Assembly: GCA_024275485.1 (NCBI GenBank)
Contig: JAJRZA010000053.1
Coordinates: 24,608 to 88,607 of the forward strand
DNA from: Candidatus Krumholzibacteriota bacterium
GTDB taxonomy: Bacteria > Krumholzibacteriota > Krumholzibacteriia > LZORAL124-64-63
Direction: 5' to 3'
Length of the DNA: 64,000 bases
Shown here: piece by piece, positions 1 through 8,646 of the stretch
Position numbering within the stretch: the stretch's first letter is position 1
Layout of the letters: every line of letters begins with the position of its first letter
Position numbers and translations under genes: made by a program
Notes under the pieces: generated by a model
What the model saw: the letters and a program-made list of their open reading frames with translations, nothing else
Database searches by the model: none
Told to the model about the DNA's origin: nothing

Positions 1-1384
1 GAATAATTCCGGCAATACCCGGCAAGGTGAGAACCAAGCCAAACTGGGCCAACACCGCCATCAGGATGATGATGTTGCTGATAAGGGCCAGCACCACCAC
101 CAGGCCAGTGGAACGGTAATAGACAAGCATGAACAGAATGACGAAGACGGAGCCGTACATGGCGGCAGAAACGCCCTTCTGGATGGAGTCACTACCAAGG
201 CTCGGTCCCACGGTGCGCTCTTCGGCGATATAGACGTCGGCAGGCAAGGCACCAGCGCGCAGAAGCAAGGCCAGATCGCTGGCTTCGGTGTTGGTAAAGC
301 TGCCGGTAATCACACCCTGGCCGCCCGGGATACGCCCCTGAATGGAGGGGGCACTGCTGATGCGGCTGTCCAGGCTGATGGCCAGCTGGCGTCCCACATT
401 GTCACCAGTAACTTTGGCGAAGGTGCGGGCACCACGGCTATCGAGGGTAAAGCTGACCTGGAACAGACCGGGGCGTTCAACATTGTTTCTGGCCTCGGCT
501 CCTTCGAGACGATCGCCGGTCAGGGCCGGCAGCCTGTCCACCAGGAAAATGGCCCGGAAGAAAGTATTGTCGCCCACGTCAATGGCCTTGTCGCCAAGCT
601 GGAATTCGGTGTCGTTCATGACACGGGCGCAACGGGGATCGTCAAGCATTGCTTGCATTCGTCCCACATCTGATTCGTCCAGGAACAGGGTGGCGCCTAC
701 ACCACCAAGACCAGGCTGAGCAATCAGGAGACCGCTGAAAGGATGCTCGGCCCGATAGAGGTCGTCACTGACTTCAGGAGTATCTCCGGGCTCCAGGGTG
801 CCGAAGGGATTGTCTTCGGCAACGGTGCTGTCAGCCATGGCATAATCCTCGCCTGCAGCTTCCTTCGCCTCGGCAGCGGCCACAGCGGCTTCATCCAGGA
901 AGGCACGATCCAGTTTTTCAAGCACACCCTGAATTTCGGTATCGGGTCTAACCATTCGGAATTCCAGACGGGCGGTCTTGCCAAGAAGTTTTTTGGCGCG
1001 TTCGGGATCTTGCAGGCCCGGTAATTTCACCACGATGCGACTGGCACCAAACGTGGTAATTTCCGGCTCCGAGACACCAAACTTGTCGACACGCCTGATC
1101 AGGCTCTCTTTAACCCGTTGCAGGGCATCCTGGGCTTCTGCGGGGGTCATACCGGTTTGGTCAATTTCCAGAACCAGGTACATGCCACCCTTGAGGTCCA
1201 GGCCACGGCGAATGGCCTTGCTGTCGATTTCTTCGATCTCAGCCAGACGTTCAGGGTTGTTTTTGGCTGCGGCGCGCTCTTCCTTGGAAATGGACAGAGC
1301 CTTGAACGTGGGCCACAATCCAATGAGGGAGAGCAACAGGACGACGACACTCAATCCTGCCCTGATCTGCAGGGAACGATTCAT
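1..1384 (-). CDS. secD: Protein translocase subunit SecD (3' end runs off the window)
   Basis: Not in the ORF track; translated by hand from ATG 1384 (RBS-like ccaggag): MNRSLQIRAG...RGLDLKGGMYLVLE...RVDKFGVSEPEI...KLPGLQDPERAK...LLRAGALP...ERTVGPSLGSDSI...LTLPGIAGII, all SecD hallmarks. Confidence 0.97.
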   Translation of the reverse strand, partial: MNRSLQIRAGLSVVVLLLSLIGLWPTFKALSISKEERAAAKNNPERLAEIEEIDSKAIRRGLDLKGGMYLVLEIDQTGMTPAEAQDALQRVKESLIRRVDKFGVSEPEITTFGASRIVVKLPGLQDPERAKKLLGKTARLEFRMVRPDTEIQGVLEKLDRAFLDEAAVAAAEAKEAAGEDYAMADSTVAEDNPFGTLEPGDTPEVSDDLYRAEHPFSGLLIAQPGLGGVGATLFLDESDVGRMQAMLDDPRCARVMNDTEFQLGDKAIDVGDNTFFRAIFLVDRLPALTGDRLEGAEARNNVERPGLFQVSFTLDSRGARTFAKVTGDNVGRQLAISLDSRISSAPSIQGRIPGGQGVITGSFTNTEASDLALLLRAGALPADVYIAEERTVGPSLGSDSIQKGVSAAMYGSVFVILFMLVYYRSTGLVVVLALISNIIILMAVLAQFGLVLTLPGIAGII

Positions 1385-1446
1385 TTTTCTACTCCTGGAA
1401 AGCCTGCTCCGATGCTGCCAGAGGCCGCCATCGGGGTCAATTGAAC

Positions 1447-1500
1447 AAAAAAAAGCACGCCTTGATTCTGGTTGCGGCAGGGGAAACTGCTCCAAGGCGC
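1447..1500 (-). terminator. Intrinsic terminator-like hairpin upstream of secD
   Basis: Minus strand gcgccttg...caaggcgt stem with an internal gcag/ctgc hairpin, followed by an 8-nt T tract. Confidence 0.6.
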
Positions 1501-1653
1501 ATCAATAAAGACTCGCCCTGCCGATTTTCTACTGGCTACGGAGAATCTCCCTATTAATCTGAAAAATTCCCCGGTTTTACCGCAGGCGATAATAACACAT
1601 GGCAGTGCATTTGGCCAGAAATTGCCCGCTTTTGAACTTCCGCAGGAGAATTA

Positions 1654-2754
1654 TCAGTCTCTGAGCTGCAAATCGTACTGACGGTTTCCCAAACCAAGAG
1701 CTTGCGCCCGCTCCATCAAGGGTCCCGGCTCCTGCAGAAAACCACTCCATTGACGCAACCCGTGGATGTCTCCCTCCACCAGAAGATCCCAGGTGGCCTG
1801 ATCCAGGGCAACCGGATCGGACGAAACCAACACTCCTTTGACATCAGGTTTTTGGTGCACACGACCAAACCCACCAGCTGCCTGCCGGGGTACCGGGGTC
1901 AGAAAGTTTGCATACAACAAGCAATCACTTTTGGCGGCACGACTTTGGCTGGCCACCGCGAATCCCGCCTCGGCCACCTGCTTCTGGAAACGGGGAATGC
2001 GGGCGGCATCTTCCGGACTGATGCCCGCCAGATGACAAGCCGTCATGCACTCTCCACACCCGGTGCAGAGTTGATGATCGATGAAGGCCCGTCCTGCTCG
2101 AATGGCGATGGCATCAAAAATACAGGCAGCCAGACAGGAACCGCAACCGGCACACAGGGGCGTGTCCACCGTTGGGCGGATATCCCGGTGCAGCAGTAAT
2201 TTCGATTCCCGATCCAGAACTCCACAACCCAGGGAAAAAAGCGCTCCACTCATGCCCAGATGGGGATGCGGGAGCACGGAATTAAGGAGCATCAGTCCCC
2301 CGGCTGCCGCAGCAACTGTTGACAAGGTGATGGCAGGTAAAGCACATTCATCCGAAAGGGATAAACTTTCTCCGGCCGGGTTATGGGGATCATCGCCCAC
2401 CACAAAAAAATCCAGCAGATCCAATTGACCCGCCCTCTCAAGCATGCCATCGGCAGTGTCCAGCCCGGCAGTTGTTATGGAAAGAGTATCAAACATGGGA
2501 TCTGGGTTATGGCCCCCTTTCTTGAGTCCCGCCCGAACCGCCTGCAGCCATCGAGGCAAAACAGCATTGGTTTGCCCGAGTGCATTCATGGGGATTTTCA
2601 GTGCCCAGGGAGCCCGCAGATCACTGGGTTTTCCCTTCCCCAACTCGGCAACCGCTGTCTCCAGCAATTCCAGAAACCGGACATCAAAACCCTGGCCGGG
2701 GATCAACTCGCCCGCCCGACAAAATATCACCGGACTCGGAATGCTCCCAGTCAT
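1654..2754 (-). CDS. DUF362-family protein with 2x[4Fe-4S] ferredoxin insert (divergent)
   Basis: CAGCGSCLAAC and CTGCGECMTAC motifs plus the SSDPVALDQA C-terminal motif; ATG 2754 overlaps the upstream TGA (ATGA). Confidence 0.8.
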   Translation of the reverse strand: MTGSIPSPVIFCRAGELIPGQGFDVRFLELLETAVAELGKGKPSDLRAPWALKIPMNALGQTNAVLPRWLQAVRAGLKKGGHNPDPMFDTLSITTAGLDTADGMLERAGQLDLLDFFVVGDDPHNPAGESLSLSDECALPAITLSTVAAAAGGLMLLNSVLPHPHLGMSGALFSLGCGVLDRESKLLLHRDIRPTVDTPLCAGCGSCLAACIFDAIAIRAGRAFIDHQLCTGCGECMTACHLAGISPEDAARIPRFQKQVAEAGFAVASQSRAAKSDCLLYANFLTPVPRQAAGGFGRVHQKPDVKGVLVSSDPVALDQATWDLLVEGDIHGLRQWSGFLQEPGPLMERAQALGLGNRQYDLQLRD

Positions 2755-4232
2755 GGTGTCACTCCCGAATAATTCGGACGCATCAGGGCCATCATTTCCG
2801 ATACTGTCACAAAGCATATGCCGTCGGCTTGAAGCTTGGGAATTTCCCTGGCCAGAACATTCAAGGTGGCCACGTGAGGATGCCCAATGCCCAAGGCAAA
2901 CCCCTTGTTGCGCGCCGACCTGATCAGGAGGTTCAAGTTTGCCGTGATGGTTTCTTCATTCTCACTGTCGTAATCCAGGAAAATACGGTTGCGCAGGGTC
3001 GGAACTCCAGCCTCACGAGCCATGCCATTGGCCACGGAATTTGCTGAGGTCAGACTGTCGAGAAAAAAGAGACCTTTCTTGCGCAAAACTTCCATCAGGG
3101 CCCGCATGGTGGCCGGATCACTGGTGGCAGCACTTCCCATGTGATTGTTCAAGCCCCTGATGCCGGGCAAATTTTTTAGTTTGTCATCCAGAAGTTGGCT
3201 GATGGTGGCCTGATCCATACCAATCAAAAGAGGCTCAACTCCTGGATTGATCCCAGGATACCCCTGAGGCTCCATGGGAAGATGAAGAATGACTTCGCGC
3301 CGTTTGCGGGGGACCGCCACCTGCTTTTTACCCAGGCGCAATTCCACAAAACATCCCGCAGCCAACCTCTGAGTCCGGTCGGCTGGTAAGCTTTCCCTTC
3401 CGGAAAGGACCGTTTCACCACCGCAGGGAAAAGCCAATTCAGTGTTTTCCAAGGAAAATTGCCGTGAAAAAGGCAAATTGGGCAATACGGCCATGGTCAG
3501 GGGAATTGGCAGTTTGAGCAGGCCCCGGGTGGCTTGGTTTCGAGTGTGCCCCCAATCATCGATGACCAGGGCCACCACCGGGCCTGTGCATTTTGCACGG
3601 AATTGATCCCAGGCAGAAGGTCCGGCCTGATCTCCCCAAATCAAGGCTGGGTTCATTCCATCCCGATGCAATACCAGGGTATGTGTCGGCTTGCCGCTGA
3701 CTCCGATATCCAACCGCAGCAGATCTTTTTCACTGTTGAGCTGACGTTGGTCCCCCCTGGTTTGTTGGGGGTAAATCTTTTGACCCCAGAGGATACAACC
3801 ACCGATTTTCTTGAGGGAGTGGGCCAAAGCCAACTGGATGCTCTCGTAGGAGATGCCAACAGGAACAGCCACCAGACGACAGCGCACATAAGCCCGGGTG
3901 CCCAACTGCGCAGCCGGCCAATCCAGGTCCGATTCCCCGGAGGCCGCTCCCGGACGAAAATTGGGGAATTGCCCCACCAACACACTTTCGATTCTATTCT
4001 GGACATCGAAAAAGGCCTGGTCCGACCCCATGGTAAGCAAGGTGGCCTGGCCGGTGCCGGAGTTGGCCCATTTGAGAAAACCGATGCCACCGACAAGCAC
4101 CACAATGGCTGCCACCAGAATCCAGGTGAGAGACGTGATGCGAGGACCGCCGCTTTTCTTGTGTCTGCCGCGCTTTGGGTTCCGCTTTGTATTTGTCTTT
4201 TTCTTGCCGCCAAAGCGACCGGGAAGTTTCAA
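2751..4232 (-). CDS. Divergent polysaccharide deacetylase family protein (YibQ/DUF610-like) with N-terminal membrane anchor
   Basis: VALVIDDWG, EVILHLPMEP, GLNNHMGS, FFLDSLTS, RNRIFLD and IGHPH motifs; basic N-terminus followed by one TM helix. TTG start is uncertain. Confidence 0.9.
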   Translation of the reverse strand: MKLPGRFGGKKKTNTKRNPKRGRHKKSGGPRITSLTWILVAAIVVLVGGIGFLKWANSGTGQATLLTMGSDQAFFDVQNRIESVLVGQFPNFRPGAASGESDLDWPAAQLGTRAYVRCRLVAVPVGISYESIQLALAHSLKKIGGCILWGQKIYPQQTRGDQRQLNSEKDLLRLDIGVSGKPTHTLVLHRDGMNPALIWGDQAGPSAWDQFRAKCTGPVVALVIDDWGHTRNQATRGLLKLPIPLTMAVLPNLPFSRQFSLENTELAFPCGGETVLSGRESLPADRTQRLAAGCFVELRLGKKQVAVPRKRREVILHLPMEPQGYPGINPGVEPLLIGMDQATISQLLDDKLKNLPGIRGLNNHMGSAATSDPATMRALMEVLRKKGLFFLDSLTSANSVANGMAREAGVPTLRNRIFLDYDSENEETITANLNLLIRSARNKGFALGIGHPHVATLNVLAREIPKLQADGICFVTVSEMMALMRPNYSGVTP

Positions 4233-4287
4233 ACCAGGGATCTCCAGGAGTCAGGGGCCGGTATTCCATGAAACAGAGGTTCTTGGG

Positions 4288-4319
4288 AAAAAGGGAGCCC
4301 GCCTGCGGACTCCCTTTTT
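4288..4319. terminator. Bidirectional intrinsic terminator
   Basis: aaaaagggag / ctcccttttt inverted repeat with A and T tracts, downstream of the lipoprotein gene. Confidence 0.75.
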
Positions 4320-4362
4320 ATTGTATTGCCTCAGCACCAAGGCCACAAGGATTGAAATGGGA

Positions 4363-4974
4363 TCAATTGGGGTTGGCGAACCCTTTCTGGCCCACCATGG
4401 TCCACAATCCGTTGGAACCCTGGATAACGTAGAAATCCACCCTCTGGGCCACTTCAAAGCGGTGATTATCCGGATTTTCAAAGTGAATCAAAAGATTGTA
4501 ACGAGCCTTGTAGGCATCACGACCACCAAAGTACTCTTCAGATTCCTCAACCGGCTCCCAGGTGCCTTCCTTATCCAGAAGATCAACGCTGATGGAGTCG
4601 ATGGGGGGTTGAGCTATGCCGGATTCATCCACACCACCGAGACCTTCGAACATATTGCGGTGAATCTGGATCTCGACATCCCGGTCAAAAAAGAGCTCGG
4701 TAAGGGGATTGTCACTGCCCTCCCAGAGGTCAAAGGTTTCCTGCAGCAACACCGTGCGGTAGTCTGGATGCAGGATAGCTTCAAATTCTCCCGAGTCCAT
4801 CTCTTGGTAGATGTCCTTAAAGTTTCTCATCAAAATATCGGGAGTCGTGTTGGGTGGACGACCAACATCCCCGCCATCATCGGAGCCCGTATCATCAGGG
4901 GAGAAGATACAGCCCGTAGCGCCCACCAGGAGAGCAAGAGTGGCGAGCAGCATCAGAAGATTTTTCAGTTTCAT
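4363..4974 (-). CDS. Hypothetical lipoprotein (paralog 1)
   Basis: ggagg RBS and ATG 4974; MKLKNLLMLLATLALLVGATG-C lipobox; acidic mature domain. Confidence 0.85.
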   Translation of the reverse strand: MKLKNLLMLLATLALLVGATGCIFSPDDTGSDDGGDVGRPPNTTPDILMRNFKDIYQEMDSGEFEAILHPDYRTVLLQETFDLWEGSDNPLTELFFDRDVEIQIHRNMFEGLGGVDESGIAQPPIDSISVDLLDKEGTWEPVEESEEYFGGRDAYKARYNLLIHFENPDNHRFEVAQRVDFYVIQGSNGLWTMVGQKGFANPN

Positions 4975-5097
4975 TGCATTTTCCTCCAAAAGGACCCGTG
5001 AACCCGGGGTTCGAATCTGGGGCGACAAAAACCCTCAAACCCCGTGACCCCACTTTGGTTCCGCTTTATTCAGGAACTATTTTAACATATTCTGCTA

Positions 5098-5712
5098 TTA
5101 ATTGCTACCAAATGTTCCTCTCAACACCCCCATTGTGGGAAGAATTTGTCCAGAATCAGGGTCGCTTTCTCCTACCTGATCCTCCCAGCGAAAAACATAC
5201 CAAAAGTTGCCTTGCAAGCGAAAGGTTATTATGGCAGAGGCGCGATAGCGGGTTTCGGAGCCATCGGCATCATTGGTCACCTTGATATAATATATGACCC
5301 CTTCCCAGCGAACTTCGTCGCCCACTGGCTCAGGCATATTAAAATCATCATTTCTCATTTTTGCAAGGTTTGATACACCAGAACTGTAAAAGTTAGTGAT
5401 AAAAGTGAGTTCTTTGGCCAAATCCCAGCCCACAAACGCTCCGGGAAACTGGTTTTCCGCCTCTGCATCGGCAATATAGGTGAACTCGGAATGGAGGTTT
5501 TCCTCCCAACCAAAACTGTCGTTGTTGTCAAGGGAGAGCTGGAGGTTTTCCCAAACGTTGCGCGGTTCGGTGCGTGGCAGATAACTGATGGATGTTCCAC
5601 TGCTGGGAGGATCCGGATCCCTGGGTGTGAAGATGCATCCACCGAACAACGCCGACAGCAACAAAACCGAGCCCAAAAGTGCCAACCGTTGAAAAATATT
5701 AACGGCTTTCAT
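5098..5712 (-). CDS. Hypothetical lipoprotein (paralog 2)
   Basis: MKAVNIFQRLALLGSVLLLSALFGG-C lipobox; mature start CIFTP resembles CIFSP of the neighbour; ATG lies 1 nt after the upstream stop. Confidence 0.85.
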   Translation of the reverse strand: MKAVNIFQRLALLGSVLLLSALFGGCIFTPRDPDPPSSGTSISYLPRTEPRNVWENLQLSLDNNDSFGWEENLHSEFTYIADAEAENQFPGAFVGWDLAKELTFITNFYSSGVSNLAKMRNDDFNMPEPVGDEVRWEGVIYYIKVTNDADGSETRYRASAIITFRLQGNFWYVFRWEDQVGESDPDSGQILPTMGVLRGTFGSN

Positions 5713-5713
5713 G

Positions 5714-7774
5714 TTAGAACTCCCATTTCAGCCAGAGATCGCTCTCCCAGTAATCGGAGCTGGCCTCCGAAATGCTGGGACCAAAAGCGTTGTATTTCTT
5801 GATCATGGCGGACAACTCCAGGGGATTCTTACTCCCCCATTTACGGCTAACACGGGTACCGATCCAAATTTTTCCTTCCAGGCGCCCGGTCACCCGGTCG
5901 GTAGTGCTGATGGTAATTTTTTCGTCCTTGGTGTTGTAGGTGGCCCCTTCAAGGATGACTCCATTGGCCACATCGAATTTGAAAGACAGGTCGATTTTTC
6001 CAATGGTTTGTCGCTGGTTCGTAAAATATTCGTTGCTGCCCGAGCTGCCTTCATTGGTTTTTTCTGCGCTGAAACGCTTGTTGAAATCGTACTTGACCGT
6101 AATATTAAGACGTTTGGTGGGCTTGAGTTTCACTACCGTGGAAAGATTGCCACGTTTGTTGTAGTTGTCCACACGAGATGAGCCTTCCAGGTGCGAAAAA
6201 GTATAGTCGGTATATTGGATGTAGACACGATAGTTCTGACTGAAGGTCAACCAAGAGGAGATGGGCCAGCTGTAGCTGGGAGAAATTTCAAAACTATCCT
6301 TGACATTGTTGTTGGAGGAACGAGTGGAATGCAGGGCAATATCATTGTTTTGCCTGTAGAAAAACACCATGGTGGTTCGGAAACGCTCCACCCAGTTGCG
6401 TTCCAGCCTGGCTGAAAAATCGTAGCGCAAGCGATCCTTGTCGGTGTTCACGTAACTATTCTCGGCCGTGTCCTGCGTCAATCCGGTGACCCAATTGACC
6501 CGCATTTGGGTATCAGCGAAAAGTATCCGTTCCCAAAGGATTTTCAGGGTTCGATCTTTTTTGTACTGCTTGCCGCGAAACACATCAGAGCCCTTGGTCA
6601 GCTGATCATCCCACTTCCAGAGATAGGAATATTCGAAAGAGAGGGAATCCCGACCCACCATGAAGCTCAGGGCAAATTCGGCCTCCTGCTGGAGCCTCTC
6701 CTTGAAACCAACCCGGCTTATGGAAAAATCGGATTCGTCCGAGGTTTGAGACAGGGTGGTGGCCATGGTCAGGCCCAGAAAACGGGTTTCATTGACCAAA
6801 CTCAAGGTCAGGGCATCCTTGATCTCCATCTCGTCAACAACCTTGTCATCTTCAGCCAGACCCACCGTATCGATCAAACCGTTGGTATCGCGTTTGTAGT
6901 CCAGATACTTGCGATCATAGTTGCCTCGGGTCAGGGAGACACGGCCGCTGGAAAAATTTCGATCGTAGTATACACCAATACCCAAGGTGTCTGTGGTGGA
7001 TGACGAAGGAGCCGTATCTTCCCCCAGGGACCGGTCACCTCCAGTAGCCCGACCGAAGAGACGGCCAGCCACCGTCACCCCCTCGAACACATCGGTACCC
7101 ACCTGCATCCCGCCGTCCAGGTAAGATTCGGCCACGTCGTTGCGCCGGTTTTGGTTGATGGATTTCTGATCATTCATCCCTGCCGAAGATTTTAATGTCA
7201 GCCTCATCCCACCGATTCGCAATTGGGGTTTGCTAAACAAAAGACCGGCGCTCTTGTAGTCGCGTTTGGAAACGTTTTCAAACCCACCGGCATTGATGGT
7301 GTTATCTTCATTCCAATCCCAGCTACCTTTCAAAGTGGCCATAAAAGGCAAGGTGCGACCTGTGTTGTAGCTGGAGTTGGCGCTGCGTTTTTCATTGGTT
7401 TTGATTTGCTGGCGAAATTCGGACCAGGAATAACTGACCTTGTTGGTCATGGTTGCGCCTTGGGCCATGGTGATGATGTTGGTGAAATCGCCGTAATACA
7501 TGTAGCTGGTAACGTTGGTTTTGATACCTGCCTTCGGAGTATTTTTTAATCCCACCAAAAATGACGTATCCTGTTCCCGCCCCTGGTTGAGGTCCTGGTA
7601 AACTCCTTCTTGGCCCTCTGCCGCTTCGGCCACGCCGGCAAGCCCCCCCGAAGCCGGGGAATCGGTAGTCAGGGTATCTCCCTCAGCACCGGACATGGAA
7701 TCGGCAGCTGCCTCGCCATGGGCCCAAACCAACGTTGCCGGTACACACAGAACCACTATCAGGAGCAACAACAC
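5714..7774 (-). CDS. Large predicted outer-membrane beta-barrel protein of unknown family
   Basis: Signal peptide ending LVWA, many alternating amphipathic strands, C-terminal WLKWEF (BAM-type terminal Phe). Start is GTG 7774 or possibly CTG 7813. Confidence 0.75.
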   Translation of the reverse strand: MLLLLIVVLCVPATLVWAHGEAAADSMSGAEGDTLTTDSPASGGLAGVAEAAEGQEGVYQDLNQGREQDTSFLVGLKNTPKAGIKTNVTSYMYYGDFTNIITMAQGATMTNKVSYSWSEFRQQIKTNEKRSANSSYNTGRTLPFMATLKGSWDWNEDNTINAGGFENVSKRDYKSAGLLFSKPQLRIGGMRLTLKSSAGMNDQKSINQNRRNDVAESYLDGGMQVGTDVFEGVTVAGRLFGRATGGDRSLGEDTAPSSSTTDTLGIGVYYDRNFSSGRVSLTRGNYDRKYLDYKRDTNGLIDTVGLAEDDKVVDEMEIKDALTLSLVNETRFLGLTMATTLSQTSDESDFSISRVGFKERLQQEAEFALSFMVGRDSLSFEYSYLWKWDDQLTKGSDVFRGKQYKKDRTLKILWERILFADTQMRVNWVTGLTQDTAENSYVNTDKDRLRYDFSARLERNWVERFRTTMVFFYRQNNDIALHSTRSSNNNVKDSFEISPSYSWPISSWLTFSQNYRVYIQYTDYTFSHLEGSSRVDNYNKRGNLSTVVKLKPTKRLNITVKYDFNKRFSAEKTNEGSSGSNEYFTNQRQTIGKIDLSFKFDVANGVILEGATYNTKDEKITISTTDRVTGRLEGKIWIGTRVSRKWGSKNPLELSAMIKKYNAFGPSISEASSDYWESDLWLKWEF

Positions 7775-7809
7775 CTGGGCCGCAAATCCGGTTTGCCAAG
7801 CGGATCGGT

Positions 7810-8646
7810 TCAGGGCATATCCTTTCGGGGCAACAGCCGGGCCAGGCGGCGCCAGGAAGGAGCTTCCAGTTGCTCGGGACGCAAGTCCATGTCCACTCCG
7901 GCATCCTCTGCCAGGGTTTGAATTGTTTCAGGTGTCAATTTGAAATGACTGCGCAGTTGCGTCCTCAATTTTTTGCGCCTTTGTTGGAACAGGGCTTTAA
8001 CCACAGCGAGAAATTGGCGGAATTCTTCGTCCGGCCAGGAGCCGCTGGGCACCAACTGCACCACAGCCGATTCTACATCCGGCCGGGGCCAGAAAACCGA
8101 TGAAGGAACAGTTCTGCTGATACGAATATCAAAGATGGAGCCCAACACCACGGCCAAAATTCCAAAATCACGGCCACCGCAAGTGGCGACCAGTCGCTCT
8201 GCCACTTCCTTTTGGACCATGAACACCGCCCCGCTGATCACCTCTCGATGATCGGCCAGGGCAAACAGAACCTTACTTGTAAGGACGTAGGGCAGATTGC
8301 CGGCCACCACGGGTTTCAATCCGGCAAGCACCAGGGTACCAGCCCAGTCCAGCTTGGAAAGATCGGCTTCAACCAGTTCAAAATTTGGCAAAGCACCGTG
8401 TTCGGCGGTGAGCAGGGCGCAAAGATGGCGATCAACCTCCACACCGACGACTCTTCGGGCCGATGCCAACAGGTGAATGGTCAGCGCACCCGCGCCGGCA
8501 CCCAGTTCCAGGACTTCATCACCCAGATCCAGGATGTCCTGGGCAATGGCCCGGGCCAAATTGGTATCGATCAGGAAATTTTGCCCCCTGCGTTTGACAG
8601 GTCGAATTCCATAGTCGCGCAAAAGTGACTGTTGGCTACGAGACAA
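7810..8646 (-). CDS. rsmA: 16S rRNA m6,2A1518/1519 dimethyltransferase RsmA/KsgA
   Basis: KRRGQNFLID, VLELGAGAGALT, VAGNLPY, MVQKEVAERL, FWPRPDVESAV and QRRKKL motifs; TTG 8646 follows a GGAGG RBS. Confidence 0.96.
   Translation of the reverse strand: MSRSQQSLLRDYGIRPVKRRGQNFLIDTNLARAIAQDILDLGDEVLELGAGAGALTIHLLASARRVVGVEVDRHLCALLTAEHGALPNFELVEADLSKLDWAGTLVLAGLKPVVAGNLPYVLTSKVLFALADHREVISGAVFMVQKEVAERLVATCGGRDFGILAVVLGSIFDIRISRTVPSSVFWPRPDVESAVVQLVPSGSWPDEEFRQFLAVVKALFQQRRKKLRTQLRSHFKLTPETIQTLAEDAGVDMDLRPEQLEAPSWRRLARLLPRKDMP

Noticed and set aside
1437-1502. Short uORF (MRLGAVSPAATRIKACFFLFN) as a SecM/VemP-like arrest peptide for secD
   Set aside because: It stops about 50 nt before secD, has no clear RBS, signal peptide or RAGP/RAPG motif, and would reach the secD start only with an extra T in the T8 run.
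4998-5030. GGTTCGAATC resembling a tRNA T-loop
   Set aside because: The flanks do not form a 5-bp T-stem, and no D-arm, anticodon arm or acceptor stem can be built. It lies in a lipoprotein gene leader.
5714-5716. Genome-wide reassignment of TAA
   Set aside because: TAA ends several clearly complete genes (barrel ending in Phe, ftsE, pta, both propellers), with the same +4 bases as the internal TAAs.
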